This document shows, in pieces, positions 10,651 through 26,137 of a stretch of DNA of 64,000 nucleotides; the stretch's first letter is position 1, and every line of letters begins with the position of its first letter. The DNA is from Octopus sinensis (lineage: Eukaryota). The DNA is taken from contig NC_043015.1 in the NCBI RefSeq assembly GCF_006345805.1, forward strand, positions 26,908,001 through 26,972,000, read 5' to 3'. The notes under the pieces were generated by a model that ran no database searches, was not told the origin of the DNA, and saw nothing but the letters and a program-made list of their open reading frames with translations. The position numbers and the translations under genes were made by a program.

Positions 10651-11644
10651 TGTGTCTTGTAATATTAAACATCTTCAAGTAATCGATTGTGGTTATTTTT
10701 GGCACCGCACCGCTGCCAAATCAAACAACGAAAACAAGGAAGAAAACCGAAGCCACAAAACTCACCCGAGAATATCTAATACACTTAGATGTGTCTTATA
10801 TGAATTATTGATATATTTATTGAAGATTAGCAATGAAATTGCTAAAGACATTGTTGTTTTAGCCGTCTTATTTTATCTGCAATTTTAATATATCTTTTGT
10901 TTGAAATCTATTTCTTAACTGTGTAATATCGATTTCTCATTCGTTGGCTCAAGGCCACCATGTCTCTAGTAGTGCGCATCGTTAAGTTAATAGAGAAAGC
11001 CGACCAAACTTTTATTCCAAGTTATGACATTAGAAAATTTTCCTGGACTGCTTTCTGCATGAAGAATATATAGTTTTAGGAGTGGCTGATGTATTGGCGT
11101 GTAATGAACCGAGAAGAATATTAAATCAATCGAAATTATAGCCGTGACGAAAAGTTATTAATTAGCGTTAATGACAATCCTTGTCAAAGAATAGCATGGG
11201 AGAGAACTCTCTAACGTTTAATTTTTTATAACACTAATTGGAACGTACAGTCTGTTGTGTCCCTCTCCTTATTGGCTGGAGTTATTGTTTAACCCCGGGA
11301 TTGTAAAGATTGAATAGATTCAGATGGAGTATGGAAGTAGCAAATTTATCGCAATCTGGCGTTTAACGTTTTGCTGATGCTGTTTCTGCTGTTGTTGTTT
11401 TAGTTTTCAAATTCTTCCAGTCAACTTTGGATGAACAAAGACCTAGTAATGAGAATAATTCTTTACTTTCGATATTATGTGTCAAACTATGAACTAAGTC
11501 ATTTTGTTTCTTTTTCTTTTTTAAATCAGAATGTTACTGTTTGAGTTTTAAGCAATTTTAACAGCTATTTCTAGCAAGTAATGTGACCTGTCAAATAAAG
11601 GCGGCCTTGTTTTATTATTAATACTGTTAATATTGTTATAGTTT

Positions 11645-11860
11645 TTAGGAGGGAAATCTGTCAGAAACGTTAACGCGTCAAACAAGATGCCTCTAAGTAT
11701 TTCTTACAGCTCTTTACGTTCTGAGTTCAAATACCGCGAGGTCAACTTTTCCCTGCAAACTTTTCGGATGAATTTAATTGTCCGTAGCGTATTAAGAGAT
11801 AATTTATCCTGCCCACAAAATTGCTATCCTTATGTGAAAATTAGAGGGAATCATTATTAT
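11645..11860 (+). mobile_element. tRNA-derived SINE, family 2 variant, diverged
   Basis: TTTACGTTCTGAGTTCAAAT...GAGGTCAACTTT core shared with 12678 and 50378. Confidence 0.65.
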
Positions 11861-11932
11861 ATAAATAGTTTCTGATGTTGTTATGTAATTTTACTTTATT
11901 ATTATTATTATTATTATTATAATTATTATTAT

Positions 11933-12449
11933 TGCGTGAGAGAGCAATGCATGTCATCAAAGTGACACTGAGGTACAAATACACGAAGCCGAATACACCC
12001 TTCATGACCACCCGTCCGATAAGGGTACACCAGGTGCATGCATCACAACGATGTATGCGTGACATGGTGATCTCTTATCAAGACAAACACCACATGATCT
12101 TGCAGGTGGGGCCCAGTCAGAGTTTTCTTTAGGTCGAGTCGCCCGTCCTGCTCAAAACGTTCTTGAATAAAAGTTATTTTTGGATGATGGATGAAACAGC
12201 TATGTTTTTCAGGGTCCAATATTACAAACTCCAAAGAATTCCTTTCAACACATGACTACGAGGCCTCCCCACTCCTTCTGGTTGTGATTCAGAGATGCAC
12301 ATATCCTCAACCAGGAAGAGGCATGCTCAATTTGTTATGGTCACGCAGCTAACAAGCAAATCTATGGTACAGAGTAGAATATTTGCGGTAGTTAAGATCA
12401 TTTTAAATCAGAAGTCACGAGAGGCATTGCCTGGTACAGCATTGGGGCA

Positions 12450-12452
<3 letters not shown>
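11933..12452. repeat. Unclassified ~520-bp interspersed repeat embedded in (TAT)n, copy 1
   Basis: Collinear with 26138-26690 (TCAAAGTGACACTG..., TGCAGGTGGG..., TCAGAAG.CACGAGAG). Confidence 0.75.
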
Positions 12453-12880
<428 letters not shown>

Positions 12881-14061
12881 ATTATTATTATGAATAGAGG
12901 GTTGAAACATTCTCCACACGGTTATAGACATGAAAGTTTGCCGTTTTCAAACACATTTCTACTCCGAACAATTAAGCGTAAATTTCAGACATGATAATTA
13001 TTCATTAGAATGTACTATGAAAACACGTGTAGTGTTATTTCACTCGATATATTTAGAAATATCACTCTGAAAGGTTAAGAAAACAAGGGACATGTGTAAA
13101 TTGGAAACTACATTCGTAAATACGAAATGGTTTGTCATACTAGAAACGATTAATGCTTTGCGATATCAACTGAGTTACGGAATCGTAATGGGAAATACAT
13201 GATGATATCAACCGTCTTCGGAAATACGAGAATACTTCGACCAAGGTACCATGAAGCGTAAAAATACTGAAGCAACAGGGTATCGCTAGAGGCGCAAAAT
13301 TACATTCTGGGCCAGCAACGTATAGCATTTTAAAGAGGAGGGTATGCCTTACTAAGTTAAATGAACGTTCCTAGAACAACAGCAGCAAACTACGAAAGAT
13401 TTGCTTGGCCGAGAGAGTAAGTATCCTGAAAAGCTCGCTCTACCCAGGTACCATCTTAAACTCAAAAAAAGGTGTGTTTAATCGGAATAATGCTGTTTCA
13501 TTAGATGAAAGTAATAATGAAAAATAAAGTACTCAAGTAGTCATTGTCTGATTATCTAAAAGAACAAAGTAAATTTGTTTCCCCTGATATGTAACTTAAA
13601 AGCAAAATTAATAAAAATATTAATATAATACAATCTTAGCAGACGGCAGGAGAAGTCAGATGACTTCATAAAGCCTGTGATAAGAAACAGAAAATAAGAA
13701 GTAGACAAACAATTTAAAAAGTCAGAAAAAATAATTAAAAAATATATAATCAGAGATAAGTAATGTAAAACCCCATTAAAGTGGCATTTAGTCTATGTGT
13801 AAGGTCAATATTTACTTAAACAGATAATTGTAGATAATTAATATTCAGAGAAAAAATTATTTTATTAAAAGTTTCCGCATCAAAGGCAATTCGATTTTTA
13901 AACTTTCAGCGTTGAAAGCATTTAGAAAAAATTTAATGAAAACTTCAAGGTTACTAAGCAACGAAGAAGAAAATAAACAACAAACAGTGATTACAGAAGA
14001 TATGAAGCAGTTTATAAATTAGAACGTAGATTAAAAAAAATTTTCACTGATACCTATAGAT

Positions 14062-14131
<70 letters not shown>

Positions 14132-14257
14132 GGAGGGAGGGAGGGAGAGAGATCGACTAACCAGCGAGGTGACATCGTTGGGAGGCTATAAAGAAGCGAA
14201 AGAGCGTATTGCGACCAGCAGTGCATAACCACAAACGATAGTCTGGTTAATAGAGTG

Positions 14258-14290
<33 letters not shown>

Positions 14291-14310
14291 TGTCTTTCTG
14301 TCTGTCTGTC

Positions 14311-14349
<39 letters not shown>

Positions 14350-15159
14350 GTGTGTGTGCGCGCGTGTGTGTGTGTGTGAATGTACATTGATGAAGAGACA
14401 TCATAAACAGCATTTAGGAGCTCCATTAATAACACTTTGACTTCGGTTCACTGTTACGTTTTCGTCGAAGGCAGGCCATGAAGCGAGTAGAGAGTTACGG
14501 GTCGCTGAAAATGTTGCGAACAGCAGCGAGAGGACTTTGACGGACAAACAAACGATTAATCGCTTAAGCAAAACATTAAACAAACAATCGACTGGTTGGT
14601 TGGTTGGTTGGTTGGTTTGTTGGTTGGTTGGTTGGCTGGTTGGTTGGTTGGTTGGTTGGTTGGTTGGTTGGTTGGTTGGTTGGTTAGTTATTTGACCAAT
14701 TGACTAGCAGTAAAGAAGTGGAATTGAACCTGTGAGTGTGTGATTATTATCGGCGTAATGGCCCCTCCTCGGACAACAAAACTGTTTCCACACACGATTT
14801 CATATCAACAATCTTGCAACTCAAATACAAAAACCAAAATTGATTATAAATATATTTTATTGAAATAGCTGTAGAGCCCATTAAAATTATTAACTTTATA
14901 TGAAATGTATGCATGCCTGCCTCTTATTCAATACAATACATACAGGCGTCGCTGTTCCCTGTCTGTTCGAAGGTTTATATATATTCAGTGGAACACATCC
15001 ACTGGTTTCCAAAAATAGAAATACTATTATTTTTAAATCTCTATAAGGAGACTACGACAGCACTACTGGGTATAAATTGTTATCGCCAAGCTAACTTAGA
15101 AGGAACGTGTATAGGGTGTGATTGTCGCGTTGACTATGACAGAGAAAGTTGTCATGGCG

Positions 15160-15809
15160 ATACCTGCTCATTGGCCAACGCAAAGTTGCAGAGAGTGTAT
15201 GGAGAGGAGTGTATGAGCCGCACACAAGTGTACGAGTGGTACAGACGTTTCCAAGATGGCCGAAAAAATATCCATATTGACGAATGTTCTCAGAGACACG
15301 TAATCAGCAAAAATGAGAAAATCATCACAGATGTGCGTGCAACTGTGAGAGGAAATCGTCAAATCACCATCCGCGAGTTATCAAAAGAAGAGCAGATTGG
15401 TTACGGTTTAGTTCAGTCCATTATCTACCAAGTTTGTACCAAATCTGCTTTCAGCTGACCAAGCAGAGAGTCGGGTTTGAGATGCAGAAGATCTGCTTGA
15501 TGGTATCGAGGACGACGAAAAGTTTTGAAAACTTTGCATAGACCTCTGAGCAAGAATCACCAAGATTTCAGCAAAATTTGATGCATAATCTCTGCTCAAC
15601 TCTCTCTGCCATGTTCAATGCGATGATGACATGTTACTCACGTTTTCCAAGCAATGATGCAAACAGCAGAAGTTCACGAGGACGTTAGAACAACTTAGTG
15701 CACCTGCACTGCAGAGTTCAGGGTCAATCTCTACAAAGCAACTCCACTCTCCATGCATTAGCTTCGTTACTATAGTAACAGTCTAGATACTTATTGATCA
15801 GACCACGTA
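15160..15809 (+). mobile_element. Mariner-family transposon relic
   Basis: LQRVYGEECMSRTQVYEWYRRFQDGR...ITIRELS (mariner HTH region); right end ...TTGATCAGACCACG followed by TA. Confidence 0.8.
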
Positions 15810-15834
15810 CATACATACATACATACATAATACA

Positions 15835-16190
<356 letters not shown>

Positions 16191-16288
16191 GATACATATC
16201 TACATTATTATTAAATTAATGTATTTATTGCCAATAAATTCTTATAGCATGCTGACAACTGGATAAAAATCATTAACGTGATTTTTAT

Positions 16289-16337
<49 letters not shown>

Positions 16338-16371
16338 TGTATATATGTATATATTCACAAAAACCTATATA

Positions 16372-16453
<82 letters not shown>

Positions 16454-17077
16454 ATATATGTATGCATATGTATGTATACATGTATTTGTATGCATATGTA
16501 TGAGTGTGCGTATGTGTGTGCGTGTGTGTGTGTGTATATGCTTTTGAAAAATTACAAGACATTTTTACGAAACTGGGAATTTAATCAGATATAGGTTTTG
16601 AATTTTGGCACAAAGCCACCAATTTCGTAGGAGGGGAAGTGTCGATTACATCAACCCCAGGAATCAACTGGGGTTTATATAGATATATATATTTAGATAT
16701 ATCTGGGATACTTATATGTACTCATGATTTTTGCTTCGGCTTTTTTTTCATGGGCGCATGTAGGTATTTCATTTATTTCTATTCGTATTTTCTACTGAAG
16801 AGGAAAAAATCTATTATGAGATTAATTTCGAAATTGATTCAATATAGAAATAACGAAGTTTTTCAAAAATTCTGTTGGTTAGCTTTCCTCTATTTCAGCA
16901 CAACTTATTTCTGTAGTGGGTATAATAATATGTGGAAATTGACGATTGAAAAGTCTGTTATCAGCATATTGGTATAGAAATAATTTTCTTTTGCCCTTAT
17001 TTATAAGTTGTTTATAATTTTAACCTTTAAAGGTATTTTAATATGCTGCCACTTTTTTGATGAATTTTTTTCTGTAA

Positions 17078-17125
<48 letters not shown>

Positions 17126-17513
17126 CACGCACATACACGCACACACACACACACACACACATAAATGGTGTGCATGTACAACATGCAAAATTCACGACGT
17201 TAATGCACTCCCAAACATAGAATTGGCACACAAACCAAATGCACACACTTCCTGACTGATATTCTATAACATTTTACCAACTTTTTCCCAAGTAACTCAT
17301 CAAATTCTTTCATTACATAACTGCTGATCAAAAATACTTTTATTAATTGTCTTTGTTTCTCTTGTTTGTAATTTAAATTTTTATTGCAATTACGTTTATA
17401 TCTTCTGATCGATTTTTAGAATTTATCGATATCTTAATATTGTCATTCACGAGTAGAACATTTTGAACAGGTTCACAGGTATTCGGGTGCATATAATCAT
17501 AGAAATCCATCCC

Positions 17514-17582
<69 letters not shown>

Positions 17583-17594
17583 ATAGATAGATAA

Positions 17595-17669
<75 letters not shown>

Positions 17670-18138
17670 TACATTCTTGTCGGTATAATTAGATATGTCA
17701 ATGAGTGTAAAAACGAAACCATAACAAAACCAAAGGACGATAGATTAGAACAGATTAAATTGCTTCTTTTCAAGGCAGCATTGTTTCTATGGCTCTATGA
17801 CTGACCTCTCCTGTTTGTCTCTATGCCTGACCTCTCTGCCATCTGCCGAATCTATTCATAGACCTGTAGAATATGATCTATTCACGAATCTGATTCCCAT
17901 CTACAATGGTTGTGGTGTTGATGGTGATAATGAAATAAATAAAAATAATGATAATATGCTACAGCTGTTGATACTAAATACTACTAATACTACAATAATA
18001 ATACTACAACTATTACTATTATGATAGCACAGGAATCTGAGGTCCAACTACCGCCCTTACCACTACCCTCAACTGTTACTGCAACCACTGCTACTACTAC
18101 ACATAAAAACAATAATACCAGTGATATCAGTGATGATG

Positions 18139-18173
<35 letters not shown>

Positions 18174-18175
<2 letters not shown>

Positions 18176-19636
18176 AAGGAAATGAGTGGAGTCTCCTTAT
18201 GAGCTCATAATGATACATCTAGTCATGGTGTCACAATAAAAACACTGGTAATAATTGGCAACCTAATAATCGCTACCTCATATGAGTGGCAATGAAAAAA
18301 AATATTGTGAATAACTGTGGTAATGAAACTGAAGCCAATGATGGTGACAGTGTTGCACCCTGTAGGCTCAGAGATTTTGGTCCGGCTCCAGCCTGTCGAT
18401 ACCCAGAAAGGGACCACCACACACGGTGTAGATGGAACAAACAAATTAGTGCTGTGGCCATGGAATGTTACTACCTGAACAACTCGGTAGATGAAAATGT
18501 ATGATCATTGGAGAGAAAAGGGATTGTTTCATCTCACCGAACAGAGACTATATGATCAAGCTAGAGTAATTAGAAAAAATGTTGGTTCACAGTAGAGCTC
18601 GAAACTATCAAAACACGGGTCATGGACAATAGCACCATAGATAAGAATGAAAATGCAGTTCTTACTAATAAGAGTAATCTCATAGCACAGGAAAACAACA
18701 TAGCACGGTATGTAAAAAATGACACAGAACCGCTTATATTAGAAGTGGGAACGTCAGGTTTGTGCAGACAAAGCACCATACAAGAAATTGAAAACGAATG
18801 AAACTGAAAATAGGTGAGTAAAGAAAAGAATGCATGGTCAATTTCATAGGGATGTTGAAGATAAGACGGACAGAGAAAAAAGATGGCTGTGGATGACTAA
18901 AAGTGATGATTAAAAGATGACTAAAAACCGGAAACAGAGGCTCTAATCTGTGCTGCCCAAGAGCAAGTACTAAGAACAAACTACATAAAATACAGAACAG
19001 ACAACACAGTAGAAAGTGCTAAGTGCAGAATCCCGAGATAAAACGGTGAAACCGTATGGCATATTACCAGCCAATGTACGCCAATATCGCCAGGCTTGTC
19101 CATTGGACACTTTGCTACAAGTATGGACTTGGCAGATCAAAAAATTGGTACGGACCACAAACCCGAAGTCATCATCGAATATGATAATGGAAAGATCCTG
19201 TGGTATTTTATGATTCAGTGCGATCAAGAGATTGGGAATAGGAAGCCGGACGTAATCTTAATTGAGAAAGAAAACCAACTATGCTGGACATAGACATAGC
19301 ATGCCCAGCAGACAACAAGGTATGCGATAATGAAGAAAGAAAAGTCGAGAGATGTGACAGGTTAGCCTGGGAAGTTAAGCATTTGTGGTCGATGAAAAAG
19401 ATAGCAGTAGTACCAATAATTGTCGGAGCCCTGGGGACAGTAAGCAAAAATCTTGAGAAGTACGTGGGACAAATATGGGCTGCAATAAGGCAGGAGCACT
19501 TGCAGAAAACAGCACTGCTTGGAAACTCTCGAATACTCCGGAAGGTGCTCGAAAAATAAGAGGTGTTACCTTAGTTCACTCATAGTGAACAGCTGACACC
19601 GTAGTACATCTCCAGCGTAAGAAGCTATGCAAAGGC
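18174..19636 (+). mobile_element. R4/Dong-clade non-LTR element, RT region deleted, inserted in (TAA)n
   Basis: N-terminal AMECYY / WREKG / LTEQRL.DQ.RVI; C-terminal HGQF, PETEALICAAQEQ, degenerate zinc knuckle, RKPD..DIACP..VVPIIVGALG (RLE); (TAA)n on both sides. Confidence 0.88.
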
Positions 19637-19703
<67 letters not shown>

Positions 19704-20527
19704 TAAACTTCACAACATTTTGAACTAGTTCACACACATTTCATTTGCTACACACACACACGCACGCACACACACACATATACATACATACATGCATACA
19801 TATATATATATAGACATATATATATACGTAAAACCAAAAATATATTGCGTGTATATGCTGATATGTAAATGTATATAATTAGATTTTCATATGAATAAAT
19901 CTGTGTGCATGTTTCTGTATACATACACTTCCATGTATTATATGCGACGAGATATATATTTTTATCCGCGTATATATGTAATATATGTATATATAAACAT
20001 AAAATACGCATAACACGCACACACACACACACACTTACAAACACACACACAAACGCATGTTCTCAAACACACAAACACACACAGTCACATATACATATAC
20101 CCCATAGAAGGAACCATAATTATAGCGCTGACAAAAAAAACAAACGAAATGTTCAGACTCCATCAACCTGATGACATATTTTCCGACATTTTACTGCCAT
20201 TTGTTTCTGTTGGCCTCATCAATTTCATTTATTACGGTTGAATCCGGAATTGAACTTTTTTACTAATTAAATTTATTTCGGCATTATTCATTTATTTTAT
20301 TTCAATTAGTTTATATGTTATTGGTGGTTTAGCTATTTATCGACATTTTAATTTTTTGGTATTCAGGATTCGAAAATGTTGACATAGTTTCATGAGGGGG
20401 CAAGCACACAACACACATAAATACATACATACATACACACATACATACATACATACATACATACATACATACATACATACACATATGCCCGCACGCACAC
20501 ACACATACATACATACATGATATATAC

Positions 20528-20558
<31 letters not shown>

Positions 20559-20614
20559 CAATATACTGCAATATATATATACTTTATTTAAAGCAGCAGA
20601 AAATTCAACAAAAT

Positions 20615-20652
20615 CTGTTACTCTGAGTTTCTCGTTGCCGTTCATCAAACAG
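20615..20652 (-). ncRNA. Minimal type I hammerhead motif (C3U variant)
   Basis: ctgt-TTGATGA-acg-gcaa-cga-GAAAC-TCAGA-GTA-acag; sister copy at 28719. Confidence 0.6.
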
Positions 20653-20818
20653 TTTTTGCTAGAATGGAACCGATATATCAATTCAATCTAGACTCTTACA
20701 AACGCTACACCTTTAAAAAGAAATGGACTTGTTTGATTGTTTAAATAAAGCATATTACTCTACCACTGGTATTTGAGTACTCTTTTTCCACCTTGTTTCA
20801 CATTTATGTGTTTACTCC

Positions 20819-20857
<39 letters not shown>

Positions 20858-20941
20858 ATTCGAGACAAAACCACTATTTTAAAAGCAAACAAGGAAAGAC
20901 TTAATCAATACATAAAATTTTAATATAAATTAAATAAACCG

Positions 20942-20985
20942 CCACTACAAATGTTTCATGTCTGCTACCGACAATCTTCAGGTGG
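20942..20985 (-). ncRNA. Minimal type I hammerhead ribozyme motif
   Basis: ccac-CTGAAGA-t-tgtc-ggtagca-gaca-t-GAAAC-ATTT-GTA-gtgg. Confidence 0.75.
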
Positions 20986-21070
20986 ATTTTCGATCTTCTA
21001 ATCACTTCAAAATTTGATACTGATTAGAAGATCGAAAATCCACCTGAAGATTGTCGGTAGCAGACATGAA
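20955..21070. repeat. Perfect 50-bp inverted repeat with 16-nt spacer
   Basis: 20955-21004 is the reverse complement of 21021-21070. Confidence 0.95.
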
Positions 21071-22412
21071 GAATTGAACAGACGGCAAGAATAGCAAGAA
21101 GACATTCGCCAACAAGAAATTGTACAATTACTGATTTAACAGGAGTTTCCCGGGAACTTCACTTCAGTAACATAGATATATCTAAGCGGAAAGTAAAACC
21201 ACAATATACTGCAATAAATTGCGGACTCAACAAGCAGGAAGTTAGCTAAAATGAAAACCTTAAATCTGTTAGTTAAAAACAGCATAGAACTGTGGATGTA
21301 TCTATTTATTTATTATAATTAATTCTAAACATTGGACTATGGCTATACTTAATTAAAATTATAATAATTTTAAATTTCAAAGTTAGACATGGCCTGGGCC
21401 AATAATGGCCGAAACCTTTCAAAGTATATTTCTCATTACAAGTAAAATTGTTTTCTATGACCTTCACACATCAAAACATTTCTGTTCCTCTCACCTATGT
21501 TACCAAATTAAAATTTCCCCTCGTATTTTCTATAAATATATTTAATGAGGACACTTCAACGTCAGTAATTCACATACCACTGACACCTACTTATCCCGAT
21601 TCATTTCAATGCAAAACATCTTAATCGTCTGTTTAGAAAAGTCACTTATTAAATATTCCACTCCATTCTTTACTATATATTCCACAAATCGAACTGATAC
21701 GCCATTCGTTTCAAAATGCTTTGTTCGAACAGACCAAAACATATGGCCAAGTGTAACGAATCATATATATTCAAGCGTCATACCGCATATGCATACATAC
21801 GTACACACACTTACATATACACACATGTATGAGATTTATGTGTTTTTACGTGTTTGGGTGTGTGTATGCTTGTGTACCTGGAATGTGCCGGAGTAGATAA
21901 CGGTGTTGTGTAAACATTCAGCCGACTCCTGCTTTACTGTCAAATTATTCTATAACACACTCCGAAAAGATCCGTAAGGCATCGTTCTCAGCAGACTTTT
22001 TGCTTCAGCGGCGTTTACTAAAATGAATATGATATATGGAGAGGTCTAGCTAATGTCACGTATTCTTTTCTAATATACTTTCCGTATCTCTCTCGCCCAA
22101 AGCATACGATATTTGCTTCAAACAGCAGGACATCTGCAACGTCGACAGAGAAAATGGCGAAGTTGTATCACAATGAATAAGCCAGTAGCGTCGCCATAGA
22201 TTCCGTGTGTTTAGCTACAAGGTAAAGGGGGGGGGTATTGTTTCTTTCAACCTTTTTGTTTTTGGAAAATTGCAAGAAATTCCGACAGACAAAGCAAAGA
22301 ATAATTGAGTCCCTTGTGGAGTTCGTTCGAATTAGATTAAACAAAATGTATTGATTTGATGTATACTTATGTATCATTGTGTGTGTGTGCGCAGGTGTGT
22401 GTGTCTGTGCAT

Positions 22413-22448
<36 letters not shown>

Positions 22449-22713
22449 ATGTGTGTGGTCTGTACACGTGCAAGTATATTCATATATATATATATATACA
22501 CACATATATGTATGTATAAATATATATAAATCAGATATTGCTATAACAATCAATGTTAAGTAAGTTATATAACTGTTCAAAATTTATGACGATACAACGT
22601 AAATATTTGAGTGTGCATGAATATATCTGAATATATACACTGGTATATGTATGTGTCTGCGTTTGTACTCATATGTACATTCCTATACACACACATACAT
22701 ACATATATATATG

Positions 22714-22777
<64 letters not shown>

Positions 22778-23589
22778 TGTGTGTGTGTGTAGGTAGACTT
22801 GCATACATACACCTCAATATATGCACATATATACACATCAATCCACACACAAGTCCTTATATTGTCAACATATGTGTTAAGCTTTCGTTACTACTCTACA
22901 TAACGACGTTGCATCACACAATATTCAATGTAATCGATATAGATACGGTGTGGCCAACTGGTTCAGTTTGTTTTGCAATCACGAGTTCTCGGTTTCAATA
23001 CCACTGTGTAATCTTCTATGATGTCCAGTTGACCTTAACTTATGAATGGAACTGGATAGATGGAAACTATAAAACAGCCCTTTAATGGGATTATATAACT
23101 GAAAATGTATAGCCATGTCACGCACGCACACACACACACACGCTCTGTCACGTAGGTTCTGACTGAGAATCACGTTATGGCTACACATCTCTTTGGAATA
23201 TTCAGCCACTTAGATGTTAATTCAGAGGCAGGTAACTCAACTGATTGACAAGGGAATTTTCATCGTTAAATGACGGAAGTTCATCGTCAACGTAAATTGA
23301 AAAATACGCGATTGATAACGATTTCTTTGCTATTACAGCGACTACAGTTCCTATCGCTACTCTTAATACCTTAATACAATGATAAGAAGTAATAACGATT
23401 TTGGATTTTGGATTTTGGTTCCGAGCCAAAGATTTTGACGGGTAACCGATAGTAATTACTCCAATACTTGACTGGTATTCTATTTTATCCATCACAGAGG
23501 GATGAATGTCAAAGTCGACCTCCGCGGGATACCAGAATGAGAGGAGTATTTCAAAGACAAGCTCCAATTCCCATGACGAAACCTTGAGT

Positions 23590-24274
23590 GTGGGGAAATT
23601 TATGGGGGAGAATGATCTCTAAATTATACACAATATACAACATATACGAATATATGAACATTAGATACCTCGTCATAGAGGATAACCTTCAATTAGGGCC
23701 AGTAATAGAAGCCCACACATCCAAGGGCACTCTGAGCACCAAGAACATGAAGGTTCTCCAGTCTGCAGGCGTAGTTCCATTCACCCTTTCTCTACTGTCA
23801 CTCGCCAGTTCAAAATTCACTGGAGAGATTATCTTTCTACAGCCTTATTTTCCATTTCAAGATGAACTTGAAAAAGGTGATGGAAGCTTGATCGAAGGAT
23901 AAGGTGCCTATCTACAATTCTTTCAAGCTCATCCAGCGCAGAACGTCATTCACCTTACAAAGAGAAGAACTTCCTGTCCATCCCTGTCAAAGAAAAGCGG
24001 TAGAGCGATTTCCCCGCTGAACTCGGTAATAGCCAGATTTAGCGTAGATGAGACAACAGCCTTTCGACATAAATCCTGAGGTCAGAAACCCTAGATTTTG
24101 TGCCGCCCGGCACTACGTTGTATCATCGCATGAGATGAAGGTTGTCATCTAACGCGAATCGTAAACGTTTGTGAATCGAGAAGATTGGTATAGTCAGTAC
24201 CAATCTTTTGGTAAATACCCTTACCAAAATCTTTAACTCTGTGCCGAGAATGATGCATTTAGTCCCAGAACTCT

Positions 24275-24319
<45 letters not shown>

Positions 24320-24890
24320 TTTTACAAACTTTCTCTTGTCTACTTCTATATCATCCCTCTGTACATATTCCGGTCGCCTACTTGAGATGAGAATCACCAA
24401 GGCATCCAACTACCACCTACTACGGAAGCACTATCGGCGACAAATCTGAAAGCGCTCCTACTTCCACATCTGCTCATGTCTTGGCTCACTGAATTTCCAG
24501 CTTAAAGAGTATCGTATTTATTGTCTTTCCAAAACAGACCGCTTTCGAGGGAAGTCAGGGACTTTCCAAAGGTTATGTGATCATTGTTGTATGAAAGGGG
24601 TTTTGATATCATATTCAACCAGGAGGAGAATGATTGAAGGCGTCTCATGTTATGTGACATCGTGATTTTGAGCAGAAGTAGTGTTCCCTAGTTTCCCATC
24701 AATTCAAGCTATGTTTATCTCTGTAAAGATAGTAAAGTCCCTTTATCTTGGTTTTAGCTGCTGGTAATACGGGCTTTATAACTAACCTTTAAGTATCTTC
24801 AATTTGTAAGTTTTCCCACATTACCCGCACCATACCACTTGAAAACCATTTTAAGGAGATCATCGCAGATCTTTATACTCTTTATATCAA
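23590..24890 (-). pseudogene. Old, 5'-truncated Tx1/L1-like ORF2 3' fragment
   Basis: ITFFKFILKWKIRL*KDNLSS resembles INFFSYHLSSKIRLEKRCLS of B; EIALPLFFDR resembles EIAPPPFLNR. Confidence 0.5.
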
Positions 24891-25479
24891 CAGCTTACTT
24901 TATTTTATTAATTCTTCAAAACGTTTGTCTTTGAGATGAATCCGTTTCTTTCCGATTTTTCTATTGTTACACTTTTGTCTTTCCGTACAAACTCTTCAAC
25001 TTCTCGGTTGTCTTTACAAACTGCAGTGACAACACAGACATTGAAATGTTGTTGCTGTTGTTGTTATTGGGGTGGTGGTGGTGGTGGTTGAAGTGGTGAC
25101 GGTGGTGTCTGTTGTAGTTTCGGAAGCTGCTACAGCTGCTGCTGTTGTTGACTTTTCGGTAAGAAAACTAAGTACAAAACAAGGTATTTATAAATACAGT
25201 AAATCAAAATGTCATTATTAAAACAATTTCTTAAATTGAATCTGTTTAACCATGTGTTCTGACTGTTGGTTGGTAGGGAAGGTTAGAATTAGGGTGAGAG
25301 GGTTGGTAATGAAGGTAGTAGTAGGAGGAGAGATGATGATTGGTGGCGGTGGTGGTGATCTCTGGTAATGATGGAACTCAGGGTTAGTGAGGAATCTTGA
25401 AATTGAAAAACTAATTAAATCTGCAGCAACTACATTGGTAAATTTACAAACTGGATTTTGATGATGATGATGTCGACGA

Positions 25480-25566
<87 letters not shown>

Positions 25567-25593
25567 TATTATTATTGCTGTTGTTGTTGTTAT

Positions 25594-26015
25594 TCAGTAG
25601 TCTTATTTTATCACATGTTTTGGTTACACTACCGAGCGCAGCTCTGTGTGCGTTGGGTATGTGATGTGGTTTGTTGTGATGCTCTTAGTTTTTACTGTAT
25701 AAAAAGTGCTACATGTAGGATGTGCTCGGTGCTATGTAATGCTATTTTCTGTATGTTATTTACATTCGTAAGTCCTGCTACTTTGGTTACGTATATGATC
25801 TTTGTAGGCCATGATTTCCACAGCATTCCGAATGGAGCATTCTTGCCACATTGTCTTTTGTATTTGCAATGTGCCAAGTTCGGCATTCGTTAACGATGTG
25901 CCATACCGTTTCACCCCTCTCGCCACACATTCTGCATTTGTCGCTATCGGTAGTGTTGTCTATTCTACTTCATATAGTTGGTACCTAACTCTTGTTCTTG
26001 AGCTGCGCATATGAG
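25594..26015 (-). mobile_element. R4/Dong-like 3' end fragment in (TAT)n
   Basis: NIQKIALHSTEHILHVAL resembles the RLE C-terminus; sister copy at 41539-41678. Confidence 0.6.
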
Positions 26016-26025
26016 TGCTTCTCTC

Positions 26026-26094
<69 letters not shown>

Positions 26095-26137
26095 CGTTCT
26101 TGTTATTGTTATTATTATTATTGTTGTCGTTGTTGTT

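Noticed and set aside
24905-25165. Thr-rich mucin-like peptide on the minus strand
   Set aside because: Low-complexity trinucleotide-derived sequence, short, with no consistent exon boundaries.
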